Part shown: piece by piece, positions 1 to 12,171 of the stretch
How positions within the stretch are numbered: the stretch's first letter is position 1
How the letters are laid out: each line of letters starts with the position of its first letter
From: Phyllobates terribilis
Taxonomy: Eukaryota
Direction: 5' to 3'
DNA: 64,000 nt
Assembly (NCBI RefSeq): GCF_046119375.1
Contig: NW_027362772.1
Location: forward strand, 279,248,001-279,312,000
The notes under the pieces: generated by a model
The model's input: the letters and a program-made list of their open reading frames with translations, nothing else
Databases searched by the model: none
Told to the model about the DNA's origin: nothing
Position numbers and translations under genes: made by a program

Positions 1-455
1 TCACCGGCCGGTGTCCCCGCAGCTTCTGGTACCTCCCCCGAAAATTACATCCGGGGGTCAGAGGTCCCAGCGAGCGTCATCGGGGCGGGACTTCCGGTTT
101 CGTCACTTCCGGTCGCGCCCCGTGACGTCACATCCGGGATGCAGGGTTTGCCGGCTACCATGCTGTGTAGGTACCGCAAACCCCAGCCCGCACGCGGGGA
201 GACCACATGTCGGCGCCCCCCGCGGCGCTTCCAGGAACCACGGGAGCGGCCGCAGCAGAGACTGTGCCCGGCCACAACCGACCGGCCCCGGCCCAGGTAG
301 GCTGAACTTGCTGCTGTCGCCGCCGAGAAGGAAGGTCCCCCATCAAGGACAGGAAACCAATGATGCGGGAGAGAGGTGCCGCCCTTTTTATCTTGAAGGT
401 TTCCTGTCCTTGAAGGGCGGATCCCCTCTCTCGTTGTGCCGTCATGGGTGACAGA
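1..455. mobile_element. GC-rich repeat end, possibly the terminal region of a DIRS-like (tyrosine-recombinase) retroelement; truncated by the window edge
   Basis: CpG-rich block with CCGGAAGT/TGACGTCA motifs and a perfect 16-bp inverted pair, TCAAGGACAGGAAACC (343-358) / GGTTTCCTGTCCTTGA (398-413). No recognisable protein, so the DIRS assignment is pattern-based only. Confidence 0.3.
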
Positions 456-779
456 AAAATTCTATTTTTTCCCTAGAGGACCAAGCTGGAAATGATGCAG
501 CAGCTGATCTAGCCAGAAATATAGGGCTAGTGGCACACATACTTGGTCTGAACATGGCTGCTGTTGTATCTAATAAACACTTTGGGGTTCTTTTTAGATA
601 TCCTGCCCTCTGGAGCATTTATTTTGTCCATCTTTTTGAACCCTTAACACTGACTTTACCTGGCAGTTCATGTAAAAGAGTATTATTCAACACCCCCCCA
701 TCAGACCTATCCATGAAAGTCAATGGCTGCTCACTCTCCACAGTCCCACAAGCTCGCAGCACCAGGGCAATCCTTGACT

Positions 780-1561
780 TTCATCTCGCCTTCAAACTAC
801 ATATCCAAGCGCTTTCCACTTCCTGCCGACTCCAACTCAAAAATATTTCCCTGCAAAATCTGCAAAAACACTAGTGCATGCTCTCATCTTCTCCCGCCTC
901 GACTACTGCAACCTCCTGCTCTGTGACCTCTCTAACACTCTCGCACCCCTCCAATCTATCCTAAACTCTGCTGCCCGACTAATCCACTTGTCCCCTTGCT
1001 ATTCCCCGGCCTCTCCTCTCTGCCAATCCCTTCACTGGCTCCCCATTGCCCAGAGACTCCAGTTCAAAACCCTAACCCTAGCATACAAAGCCATCCACAA
1101 CCTATCTCCTCCATACATCTGTGACCTAGTCTCCCGGTACTTACCTGCATGTAGCCGTCGATCCTCACAAGATTTCCTTCTCTACTCCCCTCTTCCCACA
1201 ATCGCAAACAAGATTTCTCGAGTGCATCCCCACATCTCTGGAACTCTCTACCCCAACATATCAGACTCTCGCCTACCGTGGAAACCTTCAAAAGGAACCT
1301 GAAGACCTACCTCTTCTGACAAGCCTACAACCTGCAGTAACCCTCGCTCCACCATACCGCTGCACAACCAGCTCTACCCTCACCTACTGTATCCTCACCC
1401 ATCCCTTGTAGACTGTGAGCCCTCACGGGCAGGGTCCTCTCTCCTCCTGTACCAGTCGGTGACTTGCATTGTTTAAGATTATTATACTTGTTTTTTATTA
1501 TGTATACCCCTTTCACACGTAAAAGCGCCATGGAATAAATGGCGCTGTAATAATAATAAAA
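780..1561 (+). mobile_element. LINE-2 (L2) 3' fragment, 5'-truncated and degenerate
   Basis: ORF 874-1302 'HALIFSRLDYCNLLL...LHWLPIAQRLQFKTLTLAYKAIHNLSPPYI' is the typical L2/CR1-clade ORF2 C-terminus. It ends in a (TAA)n tail at about 1548-1561. Confidence 0.85.
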
Positions 1562-1757
1562 ATAGTGGCACAATCCCTTTAAGCTCAAACATTTGCAAAC
1601 AATAATGGTATCCATAGCCCTAAAGGCATTCATTTGTTAACTCAGTTTCCTGCAGAGCCGTCAGCCGGACGTTTGAATATTGCTCATATTCTCAATCATA
1701 AACGAATGACTTGACAATAATTTTACAATTTTTTTTTAATTATCCGCACAGTCTTAC

Positions 1758-4700
1758 CTTCCTAAGAACCTTCCCACAGGGCGGCCAGCCGAGTCCTTGT
1801 GCAAGACCATTAAAAAACCAGAGGATGGCAAAAACAGAGACACTTGAACTCCAGGAGAAAAGGACGTTTACTACACCCACCAAACAGAGTCCCGATGAAA
1901 AAAGCCATCGAGCGCTCATCTGGTCAGATAGGACCCCGCTGATAAACTTGCTTATTGCGTAGGCTGCGGACTGGCTGCTGGTGATGAGACCTGCGGACAA
2001 TACATTGCTGGTTACACATTTATTAATCTAGATATTTAATTTAATACAGAATTTGCATATGAAAGTAGGCCACTAATCCTAAAAATCTTCATTTACAGAC
2101 CTGTCGATATGCCCTATTGGGGCACATGGATGTCACACAGACAAGGGACACTTTAGCATAAGGTTGTGTTCGCATCAGTATTGGAGGTTGTGATGAATGA
2201 GGCGCTATTACTTTATGAAATGATGGACCAGCAGGATCTGTCAGGACCCATTAGTGTCCGCTTTGTGATAGATCTCGCGCACCCGTCAGCTCGACAGACG
2301 CAGGCGTGACCGTAGACTGAACTGTAATAGTGTCCTGGCTCCTGGTTACACTAATGAGTACGAATCTGACAAAAGACGGAAAATACTTGGACTTTTCTGA
2401 AGCATATCACCCCTCAGATACCGGTATTGTGCAAGTTATGGTTCACTGGTCTTAAAAGTGCAATTCTTTATTGTATTGAAAGCAGAGTAAAAGGCTGTAT
2501 CCAAAGAGTAGTATTCAAGTAGTATACTGAGGATCTGTGCTCGGGACATTAAGATTTATTTTTTTTTACATACGGGCAAATAAATTGCCCATGGCAGGGG
2601 GTGATATAGCAGGTATAGTGGCGTTCATTTACTAATGTGTTTTAATTTTTAGAGGGTTTGTATGAAGGATTGTTAATTTCCCCCTATAGGTCGGGCAGTA
2701 ACTACAGTATCAGTCAGCAGAAGCCAATCTAGTATCTGCTGAGTGGGAGAACGTGCAGTGAAGTCAGGAGCACTTGCCTCGACCTCATCATGTGCTGGTT
2801 GCTCGAGACGGAGTAAAGGAAATTTGTTCCATGTGCGGCTTGGAGAAGAGGATCTGAACACTGGGACTGATCTACTGAGCATGGACAAGAGGATCCGGAC
2901 AGTAGGACTGAGCTACTGAGCTTGGAGAAGAGGATCTGGACACTGGGACTGATCTAATGAGCATGCACAAGAGGAAACGGACAGTAGGACTGAGCTATGG
3001 AGCACGGACAAGAGGATCCAGACAGTGGGACACAGCATTGACGAGATGATCCAGACATCCGAACAGTGAGAATGACAAGAGGATCCGGACAGCGGAACAG
3101 AGCATGGACGAGAGGACCCGGACAGTAGGACTGAGCATGGATAATAGGATCCAGACAGTGGGACTGAGCTACTGAGCACAGACAAGAGGATCCAGGCAGT
3201 GGGACGGAGCATGGACGATATAATCCAGACAGTGGGACTGAGTATGGACAAGAGGATCCGGACAGTGGGACTGAGCATGCATGAGATGATCCAGACAGTA
3301 GGACTGAGCTATGGAGCATGGACAAGAGGATCCAGACAGTGGGACTGAGCTACTGAGCATGGACGAGATGATCCAGACAGTGGGACTGAGCATGGATAAC
3401 AGGATCCGGACAGTAGGACTGAGCATGGACAACAGGATCTGGAAAGTAGGACTGAGCTATGGAGCATGGACAAGAGGATCCAGACAGTGGGACAGAGCAT
3501 TGACAAGATCATCCAGACATCCGGACAGTGAGAATGAGCATGGACAAGAGGGTCCGGACAGCAGGACATAGCATGGACGAGATGATCCAGACAGTGGGAC
3601 TGAGCATGGATAAAGGATCCGGACATTAGGACTGAGCTATGGAGCATGGACAAGAGGATCCAGGCAGTGGGACTGAGCATGGACACACTAGTTGGACACA
3701 AGGCAAGAATCAAAGGAACAGCACGGGGGCCATGGCAGGTATGTTACATGAATTTCTAAGCAAGTAATACCGGGTATTAGTAAAATTTAGTTATGAAAAA
3801 TATTCTACATGAACTGTCTACTGCGATAATGATATATTGTTAGGATGTAACCATTTCCTTCCCTTTCTTACCACATACATTAACACATTCTACTCTAAAA
3901 ATACTGTTATCCAGGGAAGGTCTCATGCACAACAGACTAAAGTCCGCCAGAACCACCAACATCGCTGGTTTCGGTCAACTGTGTAATGCGTTCTGGGGGC
4001 CTCCAGACTCTCCCAACAGATGACGTAAAGAGAGAGAAGGATCGCCAAATTGGTGCTTAAACACTTGACCCTATTGTTCTCTGCCAGAGACGTTTGGCAG
4101 CGGCTTTTTCCGCCCTCTCCATTGAAAACACATGAACGCTTGGCTGCACTAAATGTTCTTGTATATGGGGCCGTTGGGAGAGTGTGGAGTGTTGGCTGCT
4201 GACTTCATGTGGCAAATTGCAGACGTGACGGGGTCCATTCACAGCTTCATGCAGGTAGCAGATGGATGCAAGAGCCGCAACTAGTACTGTCTCATCTGCG
4301 AAAAGCACAAGACTTGTGCAAGCTGTGATGTTTTCATGGACCACTGGTTGTCATGTACACACTACATGTACACAATAGCACATTGACTTTCACTGGTCCG
4401 GGTCCGCTCTGTTGAACACACAAACAGCAACCGCCAGAAAATACTTTTATGTAAGTGTGGCCTTGTTGCTGTATACAGCTCGAGGACATGTATCTAGCCA
4501 AAAAAGCTTTTCATTGAGAATCCGCACATAGTTCCTTCTTCAGCATGGTTTCTTATCGTACAGCAGCACTGCAATAACATCGGCTGCAAAAGTCACATTT
4601 CTATATGACAGAGCGGGCCATAAGGACATGTGCCTCCCCCTTTTCCCAAAGATTGGCTCTTTATCCTTCATTCTAATTTTTTATTCTAAAATGGACAGAA

Positions 4701-4978
4701 AAGCAGAAAAAGTGTAGTTCTGCACTTTATGCTTACAGTTAATCCTGCCCACTCTGTATTTACAGTGCAGGTACATGAGCGGTCATATACAGCGAGATTT
4801 ACATTGTATTGCAATTCCACTTACCCAAATCATCCTTGTCCAGTTTTATTTCCTGCATTATAGACGGCATGACGAAAGAGAAGGTCTTACGATTGAAGTA
4901 ATATAGTGTGTAGCCCACGAACATGGCCCCGAAGATGACCGTCCGGTAGTAGCCATATCCCTGCCCTTGTGCTCCCAT
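1758..4978 (-). CDS. SLC37A4: Glucose-6-phosphate translocase (G6PT), 5' partial; coding exons complement(join(1758..1990,4825..4978)); downstream exons lie off-window to the left
   Basis: Exon 4825-4978 gives [52 protein letters not shown]. Exon 1758-1990 (233 nt) gives [32 protein letters not shown]...[17 protein letters not shown]. Both closely match vertebrate SLC37A4, with GT-AG sites and consistent phase. Confidence 0.97.
2838..3684. repeat. Degenerate minisatellite (~33-bp core AGCATGGACAAGAGGATCCAGACAGTGGGACTG with insertions) in an SLC37A4 intron
   Basis: Direct tandem repetition is visible; it produces the repetitive ORFs at 2913-3713. Confidence 0.9.
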
Positions 4979-5029
4979 CTTGCCTCGTATCTCAGAGACT
5001 TACAAGCACGGCTTCATTGACAGATGGCA

Positions 5030-5276
5030 GAGCGAGCCCCGTTGTTGCAGAACTGTATATATATAGATCAGCGCAGCTCACATATGCCAAGCCGCAGTTC
5101 AAGACCCCAAGGTGGTAAAACGAGACAGTCAGTCGGAGGAGGGGAAAGCTGCCGCCAGTCTCTCGCTCTGCTGAGCTGTGAGTTTGCTCCCTTGTCCTCT
5201 TCCCGGTAGGTCGGTGGAGGCTGTTTTATCTGTTCTGGGCCAATGATTAACTCTCAGGTGTTGTGCACAAGTTGCC
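5030..5276 (-). promoter_or_regulatory. Putative proximal SLC37A4 promoter (TATA-like TATATATA at ~5056-5064; HNF1-like GTTAATCATTGGC at 5239-5251), plus a strong splice acceptor at 5277-5278
   Basis: The HNF1-like site matches consensus GTTAATNATTAAC at 11/13. The acceptor reads TTCTCTCCTTTCTTCCTGTCCCTGCAG| on the minus strand. Confidence 0.5.
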
Positions 5277-5957
5277 CTGCAGGGACAGGAAGAAAGGAGA
5301 GAATTTAGCCAGACATGTAGAAGAAATGTAAAAAGATCGCTTTACAATAGTAACTAACATATATATGAAATAGGGGTATGTAACAATCAGGGAAACAAAA
5401 GAGAAGACAAAAACAATCGCCCATGAACCGAGCACAAGGAAGCAACTCCGCGCACAAGAACGCAAGACTATAGCTCCCCATATACAATGGAATAACGCCG
5501 GGGGTCCCAGACTCTCCACCGAAAGATTAATAAAATTATACGTTTACCACGATTTCTAGAATTATCGTTGTTTTATTTTTTATTTCATGAAAATAAGAAA
5601 CTTTGTAATATATCTTAATCACAGAAATCTGCCTCTTTCATTCTCAATTCATGGGTAAACATTTGTGTTCAGTGCAGACAGATTTTCACGGTGCTTAAAA
5701 AGTTCGATGGAGAGGGGAGGAGCTAGAGGCCGACACTGACATCCTGCTGCAGTTCTCCATAGAACTTCATGAGCACCAATTGTCATCGCCTATCTCAGTA
5801 ATGGGAAAAAGCCTGTACATTTTACCCATGAATTGAGAATACAGACAACCATGAGATACTGAGATGGAAAAGAAAAAAGGCACTTCAACAGGTAAAATAG
5901 CAAAAAAAACAAATTTATTAGTTCATTAAAAAGGGGGGGGGGGAGAGGATTAACCGG

Positions 5958-6001
5958 TTCTAACGCGTTTCTGGCGGCATAGTTGAGCCCTTAGTCATAG
6001 C
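5958..6001 (-). ncRNA. Degenerate Penelope-type minimal hammerhead ribozyme motif in a probable Penelope pLTR remnant
   Basis: Minus strand: GCT-ATGACTA-A-GGGC..GCCA-GAA-ACGCGT-T-AG. Same layout as the 28.6-kb copy, but stem II is damaged and the triplet is GUU. Confidence 0.45.
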
Positions 6002-6561
6002 AAATAAACAGGGAAAATGGGGTTATATCTATATATACACACACACACCACAGGCAATAAGATCACAATACTAAGGAGAAAATTTAATTAAATATGCAAA
6101 CAGAGCTTTCAGCCACAGTTCCCAGTGCATTTAAAACACTTGAATGTATATATACAAGCTGAATGCCTGTGTGTAAAAACAAACAAGTATGTAGACAGAG
6201 GTTCATAATGGGTTTGAATTGCTTGAATATATACAAGCTAGAAGTATGTGCATGAAAAAACACACCAGAAAAAGAGGGTCCAGAATACAAGGAAGTCAAA
6301 TAAATGCTTATTAATTCATGGATAATAGAAATCCTATGCAATAAGCGAATGTACATAACATCAATTTTGAAACCAATGATTTTTGTATATGCAAATGAAA
6401 TAAAAACACAATAGTATGTATGGTGCCATAGGCAATATACATTTCATATGCAAACAGGTGTACACGCAGAGCTGTCAGCCACAGTTCCCGATGGGTTTAA
6501 ATCTCTTGAGTATATAGCCTATGTGCCCACATTCAGGATTTGAATGCAGAAAATTCCTTAA

Positions 6562-6926
6562 AGGAGTTGTCCACTACTTTCACATTCATGATAGGGATAT
6601 CAATAGGATAGGGCATCAATGTTTGATCAGCCGGGGTCCCGCACCCGACCGGAAGTGCTTACCTGCGGTGCTTGGCCGTCAAGTTGTAGTGGCCGGCGCG
6701 GGGTACTGCACATCCGCCTCCTATTCAATTCAATGGGAGGTGGATGTGCAGTACCCCGCAGCGGCCAGTACAGATGGACAGCTGAGCACCGCAGCTAAGC
6801 ACTTCTGGCCGCCGACACTGATAACAGCTGATCGGCGGGTGTGCCGGGTGCGGGACCCCAGCCAATCAAACATTGATGCCCTATCCTATGGATAGGGCAT
6901 CAATGAAAAAGTAGTGGACAACTCCT
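6562..6926. mobile_element. T2/Kolobok-type MITE with TTAA target duplication
   Basis: TTAA|AGGAGTTGTCCACTAC ... GTAGTGGACAACTCCT|TTAA, with long internal inverted arms. Confidence 0.85.
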
Positions 6927-7586
6927 TTAAGGTTTCTGCCTCCCTTAGCAGGAAAAAAACTGCAGAAAAAAATGTGCGTTTTGCCGCGATTTTGATGCGT
7001 TTTTTATTCGTTTTTGTACATCAATGAATGCTTTTTGGAGCTAAATAAAAATATTTTAAAAAAGAAAAGTGGGGCATCACTTTAACCCTTGGATTACTAT
7101 TAGACCTAGGGTGAGCATATTGGTTAATTGAAATGATTAAAGAATGTGTTTGTTGTATTTCAAATAAAGTGTTTTACTCTGTGTCTGTGTTTATTTAACT
7201 ATTTACTTTAATTAGGTTTAGTAATGAAAGGGTCTGATTGACACCTTGCTATCACTAAACAAAAGGGCTAGTTGTCAGCTAAACCCAATCTCATTAGCAT
7301 TCCCATTCATGTAATTTCTGGGGCAGCTGAGAGCTGCTATTTTTAGCATAGGAAGGTGCCATTAGGCAAACATGTTCCCTGGCTATTAATAACAGCTCAC
7401 AGCTGTTTCGTTAGCCGCTACACCCTCACAATCAGCAACCAGCAGCGCTTTGGACGCAGCGTATTTTGTCCATGGATACTAGCCCCTTCCGCAGGTCTTA
7501 ATATCACCCCTCTCATCTATAAGATGCGCCAAATCTGGAGCTTAGCCTCCGCTCTTCCCACTGCCGTGTAGCGGTGGCGAGTGGGG

Positions 7587-10500
7587 TAATAACATAGTAA
7601 CATAGTTTTAAGGTTGAAGGAAGACTAATTCCATCTAGTTCAACCCATAGCCTAACATGTTGATCCAGAGGAAGGCAAAAAAAAAACCATATGGCAAACA
7701 CTAAGCTCCACATTGGGGAAAAAATTCCTTCACGACTCCATACGACAATCAGACTAGTTCCCTGGATCAACGCCCTATCAAGGAATCTAGTATATATAAC
7801 CTGTAATATTATACTTTTCAAGAAAGGCACCCATGCCCTTCTTAAATGTTAGAAGTGAATCACTCATTACAACATCATGCGGCAGAGAGTTCCATAGTCT
7901 CACTGCTCTTACAGTAAAGAATCCGCGTCTGTGATTATGACTAAACCTTCTTTCCTCCAGAAGTAGAAGATGCCCCCTTGTCCCAGTCTCTGGCCTCAGA
8001 GTAAAAAGATCAGTAGAAAGGTCTTTGTACTGTCCCCTCATATACTTGTACATAGTAATAAGATCACCCCTAAGCCTTCTTTTTTCCACAGTAAATAACC
8101 CCAAGTGTAATAACCTGTCTTGGTATTGCAGACCCCCCAGTCCTCTAATAACCTTGGTCGCTCTTCTCTGCACCCGCTCTAGTTCAGCTATGTCTTTCTT
8201 ATACACAGGAGACCAGAACTGTACACAGTATTCTAAGTGTGGTTGCACTAATGACTTGTATAGAGGTAAAATTATGTTCTCCTCATGAGCATCTATGCCT
8301 CTTTTAATGCATCCCATTATTTTATTTGCCTTTGCAGCAGCTGCCTGACACTGGCCACCAAACGTGAGCTTGTCGTCCACCAATACACCCAGGTCTTTTT
8401 CAGTTACAGTTTTGCCCAGTGTTTTACAATTAAGCATATAATTATACATTTTATTTCCTCTGCCCAAGTGCATTACCTTACATTTATCCCTATTAAAGCT
8501 CATTTGCCATTTATCAGCCCAAGCTTCTAGTTTACATAGATCCTCCTGTAATATAAAATTGTCCTCCTCTGTATTGATTACCCTGCAGAGTTTAGTGTCA
8601 TCTGCAAATATTGAAATATTACTCTGTATGCCCCCTACAAGGTCATTAATAAATATGTTAAAAAGAAGGGGGCCCAATATTGACCCCTGTGGTACCCCAC
8701 TGTTAACTGAGACCCAGTCTGAGTGTTTTCCATTAATAACCACCCTTTGCTTCCTATCACTGAGCCAATTCTTAACCCACATACATATATTTTCCCCTAT
8801 CCCCATTGTTCTCATTTTATGTATCAACCTTTTGTGTGGAACCGTATCAAAAGCTTTTGAAAAGTCCATATACACAACATCCACTGCATTTCCTTGGTCC
8901 AGTCCAGAACTGGCCTCCTCATAAAAACTGATCAGATTTGTTTGACAGGAACGGTCCCTCGTAAACCCATGTTGATATTGGGTCATGAGGTTATTCTTCT
9001 TCAGATACTCTAGTATAGCATCTCTTAGGAAACCCTCCAGGATTTTACCCACAGTAGAGGTTAAGCTTACCGGCCTATAATTTCCAAGTTCGGTTTTTGT
9101 CCCCTTTTTGAATATTGGCACCACATTTGCTATACGCCAGTCCTGTGGTACAGACCCTGTTATTATGGAATCTTTAAAGATTAAAAATAATGGTCTATCT
9201 ATGACGTTACTTAATTCCTGCAGTACTCGCGGGTGTATCCCATCCGGGCCCGGGGATTTGTCAACTTTAGTGATTTTTAGACGCCGCCGTACTTCCTGCG
9301 GGTTAAGCAAGTGACATTTAATGGAAAATTTTTGTTATCACTAATCATGTTTTCTGTCATGTGTTTTTCTTGTGTAAATACGGTTGAAAAAAAATCATTT
9401 AGCATATTGGCTTTTTCCTCATCCTCATCCACCATTTCACCCAGACTATTTTAAAGGGGGCCAACACTATCATTTTTTAGTTTTTTACTATTTATGTAGT
9501 TAAAGAATATTTTGGGATTATTTTTACTTTCTCTGTCAATGATTCTCTCTGCCTCAATCTTTGCTGCCTTGATTTGTTTTTTACATAATTTATTTAATTT
9601 TCTATATTTATTTAATGCCTCATCACTACCTACTTGCTTTAGTTCTCTAAATGCTTTCTTTTTGTCACTTATTGCGCCCCTTACAGCTCTATTTAGCCAT
9701 AGTGGTTTCCTCCTATTTCTAGCATGTTTATTCCCATAGGTCCTATTCAGGATGTTAATAAATGTCTTCCATTTGCTTTGTGTAGCTTTATGTCTCAGGA
9801 TATCGTCCCAGTTTATTGCACTAAGATCATCTCTCAACCGTTGGAAATTTGCCTTCCTGAAGTTTAGTGTCCTTGTAACCCCTCTACTACACACCTTATT
9901 GAAGGTTACATGAAAACGTATTATTTTGTGATAACTATTACCCAAGTGACCCCCAACTCGTATATTGGATATGCGGTCTGGCCTATTGGTTAATATTAGG
10001 TCTAGCAGTGCCCCCTTCTTGTTGGGTCCTGAACCAGTTGTGAAAGGTAATTGTCTCTCATAGTTGTCAAAAACCTATTACCTTTGCTTGAACTACATGT
10101 TTCTGTCCCCCAATGTATTTCAGGGTAGTTGAAGTCCCCCATAATAATGACTTCTCCTTGAGTCGCTACTTCATCTATTTGCTTTACGAGGATATTCTCC
10201 ACCGCTTCCATTATTTTTGGAGACTTATAACAAACCCCTATCAGTAATTTATTATTTTTTCCCCCTCCCCTTATCTCCACCCACAGGGGCTCTACATTTT
10301 CATTAGATTCACTTATATCCGCCCGCAAGACAGGTTTTAAGGATGATTTTACATATAAACACCCCCCCCCCCTCGTTTGCTTGTACAGTCATTTCTGAAC
10401 AGACTATAGCCCTGTAAATTAACTGCCCAGTCATGGCTCTCGTCCAGCCATATCTCAGATATCCCTACCATGTCATAATTATTTTCCAACAAAATTAATT

Positions 10501-10700
10501 CTAATTCCTCCATTTTGTTGGTGAGGCTTCTGGCATTAGTGTACATGCATTTTATGTATCTCTCTGTACCTCTATTCCTTCTTACTTTATTGACTGTTCT
10601 TACCCCACCCCCAATATCTTTATTTGTGCCCAGGTCACTATCTGCACTATCTTCCCCACCTATAAAATGAATACCCTCCCCCCAAATCCCTAGTTTAAGG
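7587..10700 (-). mobile_element. CR1 non-LTR retrotransposon, 5'-truncated near the start of ORF2; ORF2 frameshifted but a 507-aa RT segment is open
   Basis: APE endonuclease fragments at 10349-10711 (YTNARSL..MVGISEIW) and 10002-10328 (IIMGDFNYP), linker 9451-9945, and RT 7787-9310 (KSPGPDG, YRPVSLTS, QHGF, GVPQGSILGP, FADDTK). The CR1-type 3' end GGTTGAACTAGATGG...(TATGTTAC)n is at 7587-7650. Confidence 0.95.
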
Positions 10701-12041
10701 TTGGGGTTCATGTCAGCCTTGTATTGGCGGCTGACATGAAGCCCAGGTTAGTAATGGAGAGGCGTCTGTAAGACGCCCCCATTACTAACCCCGTAGCAAG
10801 GTTTTTTTAGGCTTTTTTCAATAAAGACATGGCCAGAATAAAGAAGTTAATTGAAATTAAATTACACACGGTTTTAATAATTTATTTATTATTCGTCTAA
10901 AACCCAAATCCCTCATCTCCGGTAAAGAAAATAAATTAATAAAAAACAACCATATCCCTCACTTGTCCGCCGTCATGACGTAATCCCAGTGTCCCACGGC
11001 GATCCGGGTCACTTCTACAGGAGTCACATCAATCACTGAAGTGACTGCTGTAGAAGACAGCACTGTACACTTCTTACAGGAGTATAAATCACTCCTGCCA
11101 GTGTACATTGCTGCCCTGCTGGCTGAATTCATCAGCTGATCAGCTCTAGTGACTTCATTTACTGCATCAGTGCTGTGTGGGAAAATTCCCACACAGCACC
11201 AGTGCCATAAAGTGAGATCCTGGAGCTCATTAGCTGATCTCCAGCTGATGAACTCCGGTGAACTCAGTCCCGGCAGCACAGCGATGTACACTGCCAGGAG
11301 CGAGCGTGCTCCCATCAGTGTACTGCTGGCCGTCAGGTGATCAGGTCGCTGGGGGACATCGGGAGGATGCCAGACAGGTGAGAATATGGTATTTGTTATT
11401 TTAATGTATATTTTTACTTTTTTCTTTTTTTACACCACGCACAGATGCTAGCTCGGCTGAGGAGACTACTTCTCCCCTCATCTGCCCCTCTCTTGCTGTT
11501 ATCATCGGGAGCGGCGGTCGGATGATGGGAGAAGTAGTCTTCTTCCCCAGCCGGGGTACCATTCTTTTGTGCGTTTTTGCAGCGTATTTGACTCACTGAC
11601 TTGAACGGAGTCCGTCAAATACGCAGATATATTTATACCTGCGGGCTTGCTGAGGTTCAATTGACCTCTGGGACATGGGGGCAATGTTCAAATGCCTGAA
11701 GATCCTTTTCATTGATACGACATTGAACAGCTTATACCACAGGCACATGTATTGTATTTTAAGAAAATACTGATGTAATTAGTTTGTCCCTTGACCCTCT
11801 TTTTTTTTTTGCTGAATTCTTACATAAAAATTTTTTAAAAAAGGTATTTTTATATTGATAGATTCATTGTTAAGAGCTATGGAGTTTTTTTCTAACCACC
11901 GTAACTAGGGATAGTGTAATAAAATAAAAATAAATAAATAAATAACACATTATTGTGTTATAATAAGAAAAAATAAGTGCACAATTAACATTTGAGGTTG
12001 AAATCGGTCAGATCAGCTTAGAGGTTGCGCTTGAACTCGTT

Positions 12042-12171
12042 NNNNNNNNNNNNNNNNNNNNNNNNNNNNNNNNNNNNNNNNNNNNNNNNNNNNNNNNNNN
12101 NNNNNNNNNNNNNNNNNNNNNNNNNNNNNNNNNNNNNNNNNNNNNNNNNNNNNNNNNNNNNNNNNNNNNNN
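12042..12171. other. Assembly gap (130 N)
   Basis: Run of N characters. Confidence 1.

Noticed and set aside
3900-4600. Possible nested gene (ORF 4057-4344) in the SLC37A4 intron
   Set aside because: I translated several frames and recognised no family; there are frequent stops and no convincing splice pair.
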